The notes beneath the pieces are model-generated. The model was not told the DNA's origin. It searched no databases and saw only the letters and a program-made list of their open reading frames with translations. From contig OX597820.1 in NCBI GenBank assembly GCA_951406725.2, forward strand, positions 56,296,001 to 56,360,000: DNA of 64,000 bases, written 5' to 3'. This document shows positions 35,678 through 48,581 of the stretch, in pieces. Origin of the DNA: Octopus vulgaris. Lineage: Eukaryota. The translations under genes and the position numbers were made by a program. The stretch's first letter is position 1. Each line of letters starts with the position of its first letter.

Positions 35678-37560
35678 TTAAAGAAGGCTGTGACTAAAGC
35701 TGGCTTCAGTGGGGCTCTGATCAATTTAGATCAGTCAAAAACTTTTGATAGGGTGGACCATCACTATTTCGAAGTTGTTCTTAAAGCGGCCAGTTTCAGT
35801 CCCATTTTTAGAGGCTGGATTGCTGCAATGCACAGCGACACCTGTTCGGTGGTCAAAGTAAATGGTTACCTATCGGTTTATTATCGTGCATTCCATCCGT
35901 TAGGGCTGCCTGCTGTCACCTCTTCTGTATGTCCTGGCTCTCGAGCCACTGTTGCAGACGTTGGAACAGTTAAGAGGCTTCCTTTTTGAAATTAGACTCG
36001 ATAAGGCAGTGTCTGCATTCACGGACGACGTTGGACGCCTCCGAAGTGGAGACGGTCGGCTCCGTTGTAAAGGAATATGAGTCGGTTGCAGGGGCTAAAA
36101 TCAATGCTGACAAGTCGGTGGGATTGCGACTGGGCACCTGGAGAGGCAGATCGATGTCGTCGGACGCTAGACTAACAGACCAGTTAAACTGCTCCAGGTG
36201 GATAAGAATTAGGAAGAGGTGACGAACAGGATGACCTCTCTTACCCAGAAATGGGCAGAGAGGAAGTTATCCCTGAAAGGTCGGGCAGATGTAGTGAATA
36301 CCTACATCGCCTCTGTCCTTATTTATTGTCTGACCGTCGTGCCTTGCTCCAGTTACTTCTTCATTAGATTGGAGCGTATCCTGTTTATTTTTTTGTGGAA
36401 AGGATGCGTTGCAATGGTCAGGCGATTGGTCTGCTGCCAACTTCCTTTGCGTGGCGGCCTAGGCATACCATGGCTTTTAATGTGCAGACACGCACTCCCG
36501 TTGCGCCATCTGCAACGATTTCTAGAAGGTGAACGTGAATGGACTCCGTTTGTGAGACACGCCTTTCCGCAGCTCGTCTCCTTGTTAGAGCTACAGTCCT
36601 GGGTAAAGGATAGGCCGAGACTGGGTGCCTGGCACTCAGAATGCCGTCAGGCACCCAATCTTCTACAAGTCAGGCAATAGGATCAGTGATATTCCACTTT
36701 AGGTATTTACAGAGGATTAGTAGCGGGGAAGTGCGACGACGTCCTCAGGGAGACCATAGGCGTCAATGAAGATGAACTGGCAAATCTATTCTGGAGGACT
36801 TTCCGGTCGGGGACTGTTGTAGATAATTTCCAATTGTCTTTGGCCTGGCAGTGCTACCGGTTCGTGATAAACTCTACTGGCACGAATGTGCTGTTAGACG
36901 GGCTTGTCCGAGAACAACGAAGCCGTTCTGCATGCACTTGTTCAGTGTCTGGGCATTGCTGACTTGTGGAGTTATGTAGAACAGCTGCTGTCGCGTATAG
37001 GACAGATCCGTCTGTCAGCCGAGTCCATAATGATGATTACCCCGCTGCTCTCCTTTAATCAGGCTGGCAAAGCAGTTTTCCTTTGCCTGGTGGCTGTGGC
37101 GAAAGAAGTTGTCTGGTGGACGAGGCAGAAAGGAATGAAGACAAAAACATTCCTCTCCGGTAAAGCCTTCATCGACTTTTCAAGTTTCGTTTGAAAAGGA
37201 AAGTGAAGCTGGAGAGGGAGGTGCTGTCCTCGAGGGAAGTTATGAAAAGGTGGGTGAAAGTTGCAAAAATTGCAAGTGTAGACCTGTGAGTCGGAAGAAA
37301 GAAGTTAGCGAAGGCTCTCGTCCTTGGTATCCCGGGTGATCTTGGATGGTGGGTTCCTTGATTATCTCTAGCGGTCCCACTGTATCAGGAGGATCCCATC
37401 ACAATCACATTTCCTTCCTTTTTTCTTGTGTCATATGCTATGTATACTTCCCTTCTTCTAATATATATCGTATATACTTTTTATTTTATCATTCCACTAT
37501 ATGTAAACCCCTACACTTTATGTCTGTCTTTATATTATCAAATAAAAGAAATCATCATCA
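35678..37560 (+). pseudogene. 5'-truncated, frameshifted L1/Tx1-clade LINE ORF2 remnant with 3' UTR
   Basis: LINLDQSKTFDRVDH, CPLSPLLYVLALEPL (alternate frame), GAKINADKS, LSLKGRADVVN, RGGLGIP, HALVQC; aataaa near 37541. Confidence 0.88.
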
Positions 37561-37574
37561 TTATTATTTTTAAA

Positions 37575-37942
37575 AAATAAAACATGGTCCGTTGTCTTCT
37601 GCCGGACCAGGGTCATCCCTTGACCCTAGGGTTACAGCAGGTCCTCATCTCAAGGAGAGTACACGGCGTAAAATGTGTGCGGAACCTAGCAACACTATTT
37701 TCTGAAGTTCTCCCACATTAACACTGCAAGGGAGTTTGTTGGACTGCTTATCAAGGCCCTTTTTAATTAGCCCTAACGCTCCAATCACCACTGGTGCTGT
37801 GCTGCTTTTCATTCCCCACATCTTGGTCACTTCTATTTCTCGGTCTTTGTACTTAAATACCTTCTCAACTTCTTTAATAGACACATTTCTCTCTGATGGT
37901 ACTGTCACATCTATCATTAAGCAGTTCTTATTCTTCACGTCT
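37575..37942 (-). pseudogene. 3' fragment of an R4/Dong-like non-LTR retrotransposon (restriction-like endonuclease) in (TAA)n/(CAA)n
   Basis: CLMIDVTVP...KEVEKVFKYKD...PVVIGALG...LQKIVLLGSAHILRRVL*, typical RLE C-terminus. Confidence 0.85.
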
Positions 37943-37954
37943 TTGTTGTTGTTG

Positions 37955-37991
<37 letters not shown>

Positions 37992-38409
37992 GGTGGCAAG
38001 CTGGCAGAATCGTTAGCATGCCGGGCAAAATGCTTAGTGGAATTTCATTTGTCCTTTTGTTCTGAGTTCAAATTGTGTCAAGGTCGACTTTGACTTTCAT
38101 TCTTTCGGGATCGATAAAATAAATACCAGTTGAACACTGGGGACTATTTTGCTTCATGGACCCCTACTCAAAATCTTATTGGATATCCTCTCTAAAGGAT
38201 ACATTATAATGCCCCCGCTTCCGGTCATTCAAAATGTGACCGCGTGTGTACCGTTGGCGATTTTTTCCCTCCATCTTCCCTTCCTTGGATCTTTCTTTTT
38301 TATTGCCGACAGAAAACTGCGCTTGCGCGGTGGATTTGAAAAATCATTATGTATAAGCATGAGGCACATGCTTGATTGCCTCGTACTTATATGTTTAATC
38401 TAGGCGTAC

Positions 38410-38480
38410 CTGTTGATGAAGACTTCGCCTAGCAAATTATTTTATTTGCTAAAAAAAAAAGCCAGAAACCATGGTCCAAG
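38410..38480 (+). ncRNA. Hammerhead-like motif with extended stem II
   Basis: tg-TTGATGA-a-gactt..tagcaaat/atttgcta..aagcc-a-GAAA-ccatgg-TC-ca; C3 altered; palindromic accatggt. Confidence 0.45.
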
Positions 38481-38616
38481 AGATAGATGGTAAATGCTTT
38501 TATTTTTCATTCCCTTGGAAGTTTTTATCCCTAATAGTGGTTTGGACTTTAGCTGTTCCTTTTAGCGTGCCAGGATTCCTAAGACGGATACCTATTATGT
38601 GTTTAAACGTACACTG

Positions 38617-38657
<41 letters not shown>

Positions 38658-38660
<3 letters not shown>

Positions 38661-38871
38661 AATTTAAATAAGCAAACCATTCAAAATAAAAATAATTAAA
38701 ATAAAGAAAAGCGAAAAAAAAAAACGATCGTAAGGACGTGTACAAGAAATATATCAATTTCACGCTCAGTGAAAGGAGAGAGTTTGACGTTTCGAGCATA
38801 GCTCTTCGTCGGAAAGGAGAAAGGGAAAAGTCCAAAGATGGAGAAGAAATCGACAACGGCACACTTGTAGT

Positions 38872-38872
<1 letters not shown>
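38658..38872 (-). mobile_element. Short non-coding hammerhead-containing element (family H1); hammerhead 38783-38815
   Basis: ttt-CCGACGA-a-gagc(tat)gctc-GAAA-cg-TC-aaa; bounded by (TA)n on both sides; homologous to 48375-48581 and 63579-63777. Confidence 0.75.
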
Positions 38873-38931
<59 letters not shown>

Positions 38932-38974
38932 CACATATACATACATATATACACACACATACGTACATAATATA

Positions 38975-40124
38975 TCTCTTATTATAAAAGGCAGATTTTA
39001 TCTGCCTCCCTTTGGGAGTTATACAAATCTACAATATAGGATTTCTTCAATTACAATTTACCTAGCATTTTTAAGAGTACAACGCATCGCGTCATGCCAG
39101 GTCCAGTTTTTAAAATTTAAACTCCAATTAAGCAAAATTTACAGAAAACTCACATTCTGGTGTGTGTGTCAAATGCTTTTCTTAGTCTGGTTTACACCAC
39201 ACGCAAACGCACACACACAGTGGGCAACGAATAAAGTGAAACTAGATGTAATATTTGTTTCTCTCTATCATGCTGATAGATACATGAGTAAAATATATGG
39301 GAAGCTAACAGATAAGAGTGAGTGAAAATGTTCTTGGAAGACAGTAAATTAGCGACAGTATGAAACAATGTTTATGTATAAACAGACGACACTTATATAA
39401 ACCCTTTCGTTACCAAACCGCCCGAATTTACCTATTCATATTTAAATGAGAATATCAGAGTAAATCTCTTTAGTACATTCGTGAAAACGCGTATTATACT
39501 TCGTAAACACTTCAAATACAGTTTTGTACAAAAATCGAAGTGTAATTTTAATTCCGTGAATTATGGGAGATTTTTTTCCAAAATTTGTTCCTATTGTGTT
39601 TTCAAAATTTGTAATTCTGACAAAAAATGGATATGAATTTCATTATATCAAGCAGCGAGTCAGAATTCGAAGGATTTTCTACTGAAGACCTTCATAAATC
39701 TAACTCTATGACTGAAAAAAAAAAGCATCTTTATATAAGAGTGAAGTTGTGTGTCTGTCCCGTTCGATTTAGATTCGTAACTACTCCCACATTTTGCGGT
39801 GCAGTTTAACCAACAGCGGGTATCTTATAGTCGTGATTCATATCGAGCCCTTCTGGGTATTAGCGCGCGTCTACGATGAGTCTACGATTTAAAAAAAATT
39901 TACCATCATATTTTTCCATTTTAGTGCATTTTTTCGCTTTTATATAAGGGAAGTAACTCTCTAAAAATATCTACGATGTGTCAACGATTTAAAAAAAAAA
40001 TTTACCTTAATTTTTTTTTCAATTTTTAATGCATTTTTTTGCTATTTTTTGGCTATAACTCTCTAAAAATGCTTATATAGTTATTTCCCTTACAAACCCG
40101 AGCAACGCCGGGCGATACTGCTAG
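38975..40124 (+). mobile_element. Non-autonomous Helitron-like element (second TC start at 39728) containing a piggyBac-like left-end fragment (approx. 39402-39715)
   Basis: a|TC start; GC-rich subterminal cccgagcaacgccggg and CTAG|t end; the same 3' end occurs inverted at 26628-26653; the internal fragment begins ccctttcgttacc and encodes acidic SSESEFEGFS. Confidence 0.6.
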
Positions 40125-40137
40125 TATATATATATGC

Positions 40138-40168
<31 letters not shown>

Positions 40169-40367
40169 TGTATGTATGTATGTATGTATGTATGTATGCA
40201 TCGTAACTCTCGCGGTTCAGCAAAAAGAGACCGATAAAATAAGTACCAGGCTTTTAAAAATAAGTACTGGTATCGATTTGTTCGATTAAACCCTACAAGA
40301 TGGTGTTCCAGCATGGCTGCGGTCTAATGACTGAAACAAATAAAAGAATAAAATAAGAATAAAAGAA

Positions 40368-40403
<36 letters not shown>

Positions 40404-43104
40404 TGTATGTATGTATGTATGTATGTATGTATGTATGTATGTATGTATGTATGTATGTGTAATGTTGAGCAAGTGTCTGTGTGTATTATGTCTATCGGTA
40501 ACATTTCTGTACATATTTAGTTACATGGGATATCTTTCTTAGAAAATATTTGAAGAGCATTATCAGTAAATGAGAATTACCAATGACTCATAACGTAAGA
40601 AATTTTTACGAAGTCCGGAACTAATTCAAATAGAAACTTTCGTTTTACATGAACTAAAAAAAAAAAAGAAACTTGAATACGTAAACTGAAATATATACCT
40701 TGATATGTATACCTTTTTCCTATTTTTTCTATACGGATTGATACATTTCAATAACATATTTCTCTATAAACAACGTGTAGTGTGCGGGTTAGTGCATTAG
40801 ATGTGAAGCCACCTTTGGCTTTGTATGATTGTGAAATTGGATAATAAGAAAGGCATAGTGTCCAAAGTGGAGGCACATGGTCTTGTGGTTAGAACAGCCA
40901 ACTCACGGTCGAGTGATCGGGGGTTCGAACCTCAGACCGGGCGATATGTGTGTTTATGAGCGAAACACCTAAGTTCTCCGCAGCGCCGGCAGAAGGCAAT
41001 AGCGAACTTCTGCTGACTCTTTCGCCACAACTTTCTCTCACTCTTTCCTCCTGCATCTTGCAGCTCACCTGCGACGGACCGGCGTCCCATCCAGGTGGGG
41101 AACCTATATGCCAAGGAAACCGGGAAACCGGCCCTTAGAGCCAGGCGTGGCTCGTGAAGGAACAACAACAATAGTTTCCAAAAGCTATAGTAATTAGCAT
41201 TATAATTTTCATCGTCATCGTCATAGTCGTCGACATCTGGTCGAGCTTGCTCGGACAAATGTCTTTTGATCGTTAATTTCTTGTCTATGGTCGCAGAACA
41301 GTGTTTCTCGATCATTTTTTTTTTGTACCTACTTTACTCGGGGTATCCTCCAAGCCATTCGATTTTCAAAAAAATCACATATTTTTATAATTAAATATTA
41401 TTGAGAATTGTATAATAAAAATTGTTAAAATATTTTGTGTATTATAAACATAACTAATTTATTGCAGATAAATTTTACCAACAAAATCTTACATGGCTCC
41501 CAAAGGCCTTATGAACCCCGGTTAAGAGCCACTGCTGTAGATGACGGGTTTTCCAGACAAAAATTCATAAAAATGTAATTTGTGCTGTGAAGTGGGAAGA
41601 AAATCTAAAGCCAAAGTATTTTTCATTCCCTACTACCATCCTGCTTTCCAACGAAAGTAGCATTTCAGTTCTTTTCAGGGCTTTAGTATTTTACTGTAAC
41701 CCCGACAGGGTGGCTAACGCGTGCTATACGTTGTCAAAGGGCAACCTGTGATTTTGTTCGGGACTGTTTATTGAGTATTTGCATCTAACCTGTATATCTA
41801 CGAGTCATTCCTCTATTTGCACACTGGGGGCCCGATCGATGGGAGTATTCATCACCACACCATAATAATATGAGTAAAATCATAATCATATGGTTTTATT
41901 CAATCGGATAACCGGATATAAGTTACAATACATTTTGTAAGTTATGACAAATAACTGATATATACGAGCCAACGTGGGAGTAATTCGACTTGGTAGAAAT
42001 AGCAACCAAATCATTCTTAAACCACACCTTAATTGTCTCTAAAGAAAAGGAAAATAATGAAAAAGAAGTACTGTATTGTATATATATTAAGTATATATAT
42101 TGTAAATATTGTGAGGGATGATCACGGTCTGAAAACCAGTTAATCATAGGCCTGCTCAATCAGGGTTGAACTGGGGCTGAACAACAGTAAGATTAATAGT
42201 ATTTGATTAGTAATTATGAAAATCTGCGAAGGCTGACAAAAATCAGACAACATAGTGTTCTGAATGAGTGCAAGGTCGATTTTTGGAGGTTACAGCAGTC
42301 AATTCAAACAACCCAAACTGTATAGTTGTACTTTATTTTATCGATCACTGTGGGGAAATTCAATGAGAGAAGTCATTCTCAGTTCTGAGGAAAGCGAACT
42401 AGACAGGTTTGCCTTCCACCCCAAACACACACAAAGACAGAGGCACACACACAGAAGCACACCACAGCCGCGGAGACGTGTTCTTTTCCGCTTCTTAATG
42501 TGTTCACTGATACATAAGTACACACAGACGCACACACACAATCACACCACGCACCCGACTATATATATGTGTGTGTATATATACATATACATACAAATAT
42601 ATATATATATATAATCTACATTTTTACGCACCCCCGAATTTGTATATATGCATATGTATGCATACGTTTGTGTATGTTCTGTGTACGTGAGAAAGAGTGT
42701 ATGTGCGTGAGAGAGAGACTGTGTGTGTGTGTGTGTGAGTGAGTGAGAGAGAGTGTGTATGTGCGTGTGTGTGTGAGTGTGTGTGTGCGTGCGTGGTGTA
42801 ACATGAGTTTGAGACTTCGTTTCTTCTTTGTATCCGGTTATGTAATATTTTGTGTACTTTCCCCCTATCTGACTGCCTCTGTTTCTGTCTAACAACAATC
42901 CTATCCTCTTGCTTTCTGTCGTTAAAACCACTGCACATATCTCTCACGTTTTCTACTCGTATATTCTACATAACCGATATAATTTGTTTTTACTTTTTAT
43001 TTCCGCCTCTTCTTTCTTCACCAAGCAACACAATAATTTTTTTTTGCATCTTACTCATCTAAATCTCTCTTCTCACTTTCTCCCTATCTCTTTAAAACCA
43101 TTAT

Positions 43105-43207
43105 GTCTATCTATCTATCTACCTACTTACCTACCTATCTGTCTATATTAGTCACTCTCCCCATAGGCGTAAATGTGTGTGTATCTATCTATCTACTTAC
43201 CTACCTT

Positions 43208-43291
<84 letters not shown>

Positions 43292-43495
43292 CCTACCTAT
43301 CTGTCTATATCAGTTTCTCTTCCTATAGGCGTATGTGTGTATCTATCTATCTATCTGTCTGTCTGTCTGTCTATCTATCTATTTATCTATCTATCTGTCT
43401 GTCTGTCTATCTATCTCTCTCTCTATCTATCTATCTATCTATAACTTTCTATCTATCTATCTCTCTCTCTCTATCAATATCTTTCTATCTCTCTA

Positions 43496-43552
<57 letters not shown>

Positions 43553-43557
43553 ATCTA

Positions 43558-43590
<33 letters not shown>

Positions 43591-43595
43591 ATCTT

Positions 43596-43658
<63 letters not shown>

Positions 43659-43660
43659 GT

Positions 43661-43705
<45 letters not shown>
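43105..43705. repeat. Compound (TCTA)n/(TC)n/(TG)n microsatellite (similar tracts approx. 45937-46130, 51684-51808, 54210-54670)
   Basis: Direct reading. Confidence 0.95.
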
Positions 43706-44327
43706 CGTGTGTGGTGAAGTAGTTTCTCACTGGTGTGGGTGGCAATTAAGTAAGAAATATAAAAAACAAAAAGAAAAGAACCCAAAACTGTATTGTAGAG
43801 CGAAATAACATCATTTATTTAAAGATGAGTTTGTGTAAGTCGCAACTCAAAATTTCTTGCTGTCGGTCCGAGGACATTCTTTCGTCCTTCTATATATGCT
43901 TATCTGTTCAGGCTTACCTATCTAGATTTTCAATATTACCCTTCTCTTGTCGCCTCTTACTATCATCTCATCCGCTGCACTTTACCGCATTCACTTTCAG
44001 TTTATCAACCCCGTAGTATCTCCTCTCTTTCACCCATCATTCTAATCTAACTGGGTTCTTAATATTTTCTATCATTCACATTTCTCTCCCTCCCTCCCTC
44101 TCTCACTCTCTCCTTGCTTTCAGTTCATACATATTACACGATACACATGCGCTTGTTATTTCACTCACTCCATTTTGCCGTTGACTCACTTGTAACAAAA
44201 TCTACCCAATAGTTTCAGCACCCTTTCCACTTCTACATACCCATTTACGTTCTGGTCTAATTCTTTTTCTACTGTTTTCTGTCTCCTATCCACTCACTTA
44301 TACTTCTCTTTCAACAAGTCTCTACGC

Positions 44328-44640
44328 CAGTCATGGGCAAACTGCGGCCCGCGGGAACTTTCTGAATGGCTTGCCTCACGAAAAAAGAAAATTTTTTTAA
44401 ATGCCTGCATTATTTTTAGTAGTGTTGTGGCTCGCCAGATCATAGACCATGTTTTATGCAGCTCAAATTTTACCCAAACCTGTTCTACGTGGTCATTCGA
44501 CATGCTAAGAAATAACAGTCAAATCTTCCTCAAATCATGCTCCAACAATTTAAAAACGGACACGTCGCTCTTGGATACGTGCTCTTGGATTCCCTGCTTT
44601 AAAAAAAAAGTCAAGTCACAACTGGAATAACTTCAATTAG
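44328..44640. mobile_element. hAT (Charlie-like) end fragment
   Basis: cagtcatgggcaaactgcggcccgcggg terminus resembles hAT MITE ends; no matching second TIR or TSD seen. Confidence 0.45.
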
Positions 44641-45043
44641 AGTTCCACTCGACCGAGACTGGCCTAAGGCTGAACAAGTACAATTTCACTTTCATTTTAC
44701 TCTCTCTCTCACCCGCTCTTTAAACCGACGCAGACCCGGCTTACTCCCTTTCGTAATAGTGAACTATATTTTTACTCAGTTGATTTCATTCATGTACGGT
44801 TCAGGTTCAAATCCTGCTGATGTTGAATCTACTTTTAATTCTTCTCGGGTCAATAAAATAAACACCCTAAACAACGTCTAGAGGAGGAATCACGCAATCG
44901 ACTTCTTTAGCTTACAGCTGAGTGCTTCGGCATCACTCTAAAGCTTTCTCGAAGTTTCTGAAATGAAGTGCAAGTTTACTTGGAAGCGCATTGGTAGAAA
45001 GTTACAGTGTGAATCAAAGACCGAAAGTTCTGTGCACAGCACA

Positions 45044-45450
45044 GGCGCAGGCGTGGCTGTGTGGTAAGTAGCTAGCTAACCAACCACATGGTTCCGGGTT
45101 CAGTCCCACTGCGTGGCATCTTGGGCAAGTGTCTTCTGCTATAGCCCCGGGCCGACCAATGCCTTATGAGTGGATTTGGTAGACGGAAACTGAAAGAAGC
45201 CTGTCGTATATATATATATATATACATATATATGTGTGTGTTTGTGTGTCTGTGTTTGTCCCCCAACATCGCTTGACAACCGATGCTGGTGTGTTTACGT
45301 CCCCGTCACTTAGCGGTTCGGCAAAAGAGGCCGATAGAATAAGTACTGGGCTTACAAAGAATAAGTCCCGGGGTCGATTTGCTCGACTAAAGGCGGTGCT
45401 CCAGCATGGCCGCAGTCAAATGACTGAAACAAGTAAAAGAGTAAAAGAGA
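45044..45450 (+). mobile_element. SINE family A, CpG-intact copy (similar intact copies 56505-56906 - and 58341-58750 -)
   Basis: Full head (tggctgtgtggt, gggttcagtccc), internal TA/TG tract, gtaaaaga tail. Confidence 0.9.
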
Positions 45451-45935
45451 GCACCTATCACTAGCTAAGTGACACGCAAGAAAATCTAGGTCCTAGTTCT
45501 CTTGTTTATACTGTGTGCATGTATGTAAGTATGTGTGTGTGAGTATGTTATATTTGTAAATATATATATGTAACATACATATTTAAGTATATTAAACAAA
45601 CACACACATGAAATGGGCGTATATTCTGGGAATGTTCGGTGAGTGCGGAGCATCCAATTGAAGAAAATAAATTTCCTTTATAATGAATTCTATCCTGACA
45701 GTGTAATGATATACTTTGGGTATAATTTGTTTTCAACTCAAATATTATGCACTCATAAACATAGTTCAAGTCAGACTGAAGTTGCATTATGTTTAGAAAT
45801 AGCAAATAAGTTGTATTTCTATACTTTTAGTCAGGCTAGTCGGTTCAATCCTGAGACAACAATGTAGTACTTAGAGTTTTATGTTCTCCTGCTCTGAGTT
45901 CCTCAAGTATCGCTGATCCGCGAGTAAAGTCAGCA

Positions 45936-46037
<102 letters not shown>

Positions 46038-46064
46038 ATATATATATATACATACATACATACA

Positions 46065-46100
<36 letters not shown>

Positions 46101-46174
46101 TATATATTATATATATATATATACATATATAAATATTAGTCGAAGTGTACGGTGTTATATATCCATTACAGCCG

Positions 46175-46257
46175 ATCTTACCAATCAGTTTCGCGCTAGG
46201 GGTTCAACGGAGCGTTAAGTAACAGTCCGATTATGTAACCCTCCGCTCTTCAGAGTT
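46175..46257 (-). ncRNA. Type I hammerhead motif in a ~160-bp segment between microsatellites
   Basis: aact-CTGAAGA-gcg...cgc-GAAA-ctg at tgg-TA-agat; canonical core, weak stem I; a related fragment lies at approx. 22761-22790. Confidence 0.55.
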
Positions 46258-46303
46258 GTCCGTTTTGGAATGAAATATGGCAACTGCTTCTCTCTATACA
46301 CAC

Positions 46304-46338
<35 letters not shown>

Positions 46339-46341
<3 letters not shown>

Positions 46342-46795
46342 TGGCAGTATTACCCGTTCTTTATTTCAAACCAAACTAAGTAACATCGACGTCAAATTTG
46401 GGCGAAATCCGTTGAAATTGGTAAACTTTTGGCTGAAAATAAGTTGCAGGCAACTTTATTGGGTAATCCTATAAGGAATTGGTTTATCGATTTTTTCCAC
46501 TCATCGATTTTTTTTAAATCGTTTTTGGAGAACTTAAAGCATTCAAAGATCCCATGAGTCTTAAGTAATGCTGGCATCAAGTTTGAACAAAATACATCAA
46601 AATTGGTAAAAGTTATGGTTGAAAATGGGGTGTAGCCAATTTTATTGGGAAATCCTATAAGGAATCGGTTTATCGATTTTTTTTATCCTGATTAAATGGA
46701 AAACCCAATAAGGAATCAGTTTATTGATTTTCACTCCAAATAGGACTTAACCGAACACAACATTGCTGATTCAAAAACATCTATCTTTATAAAAT
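46339..46795 (-). mobile_element. Helitron/Helentron-like non-autonomous repeat with internal ~180-bp subrepeats
   Basis: End tactggcagtattacccg resembles the Helitron-like 3' end at 40096-40124; repeated ttttattggg..atcctataaggaat..gtttatcgattttt. Confidence 0.4.
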
Positions 46796-47075
46796 TTGTT
46801 TTCAGACCCAAGCCAGTTCTGCAGTATCAGTGTCTCGACGGGAGCGCATGGGTTGGGAGTTTGATCGGTAGAGGGGATCAGGTTGCACATACCAGCCCTT
46901 TGAAAACACCACCCCATCATCTAACCCACCCCCCTTTGCCCATGGGTTGGGAACCCTTCCAGCAAGGAAAATAGAATGCCCCAAAGGGCTCCCGATTCTC
47001 TGTGTCAGAAGCGGTTATGTTCAGATCACAGCTAAGTCTTAAGTATACATATGGGCAACACATACACACAAACAC

Positions 47076-47126
<51 letters not shown>

Positions 47127-47519
47127 CGTACGTACGTACGTACACCTATTGCATACAAGTTTTTTGTACTCATACATGTTCGTGTGTGTGTGTTGCTCGT
47201 ATATCAACAAAACACTTTTTTCCTCGATGGAAAAGATAACAACAAAAGTCTTAACAAAAAGTTACTCGACGCTAGAAGGGGACTTAACTCCTGTTTGCAA
47301 ACAATGGTGATTTCTCCGACTTGAAAATTGTTAAAAGTTTTGGTTCAAAATTTATTTTACTGCTATTAGCTAGTGCCTCTCGGAAAAGTAAGTTGACGAA
47401 AATACAGCTACGATTATGACGAATGTCCTCCTAAAATTTGAGCGACATGCGTGCTAATTTGTGGACATGTATAAATTACATTCACGTACACACACACATC
47501 CTGCCTTTTATATATACAG

Positions 47520-47550
<31 letters not shown>

Positions 47551-47573
47551 TGTATGTATGTGTGTGTGTGTAT

Positions 47574-47615
<42 letters not shown>

Positions 47616-48336
47616 TTAATAAAATACAGCAAACATTTGGAGTTTTAAGCTTTATAGAACACGCATTTCGTTAAATCAATTGACAGGATTGCACATTGGC
47701 GAAATTATAAAATCTCATCGTACCTAATCGGTGTTTTGGCAAGAAATACAAAATAGAGTGTTAAGTTTGCTTAAAATATATCCCAGTTACGCAAATTACC
47801 TACAATACCAATGGAGTGGGGAAATACAGAACGACGAGTTGTAGAGTGGATTAAAGAAATAGAAAGATCGATAGTGAAGGCCATGTCCTTTCATACATAA
47901 AAAATAGGCAGATGCAAATATACATTTGTACACACTCGCAACCGCTCACATGTACATTCGATGCAGAGCAGGAAAGAAACAGAGATAAACCCAAAGCCCA
48001 GCAAACTCAATACTGAGGGCTTAAGCAGCAGTAACAACAGGAACAATACTAGCCACAGTGGAAATAAAAAATAATAAGTATATCGACTTCTGTATGCCTG
48101 TCGCTAAGGGGTCCCACTGGACGGCACTTCCTCCTCACAAGTCAATTGTGCACCGTCAGATTTACCATGATGCTCTTATTATGAAACTCCACCATAGCAT
48201 TATCACAAATCAGTACCCACCCAAAATATTCTGTAGCACCCCCAGGCACCAAAGTCTGGTAACGGGCCTTAACTAGTGTGCGAACAGCCGGTCATAAATC
48301 AGAAAGGGTGAAAGAGCCAATGCATTGACAAGTTTT

Positions 48337-48374
<38 letters not shown>

Positions 48375-48379
<5 letters not shown>

Positions 48380-48581
48380 TAACCCAAACAAGAAAACAAA
48401 AAGATAACAACGCAAGGACGTGGAACAAATAAAGTATTATTGGACGCTCAGGAAAGAAGGGAAGACGGAGGGTTTGACGTTTCGAGCGGAGCTCTTCGTC
48501 GGAAACATAGGAGAAGGAAAGATCCCGAGAAGGGAAGACAGAGGAAAAAAAATCGCTAGTGATACAGACGAGGTCACATAC
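48375..48581 (-). mobile_element. Family H1 hammerhead element; hammerhead 48472-48506
   Basis: gttt-CCGACGA-a-gagc(tcc)gctc-GAAA-cg-TC-aaac; inside (TA)n. Confidence 0.75.
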
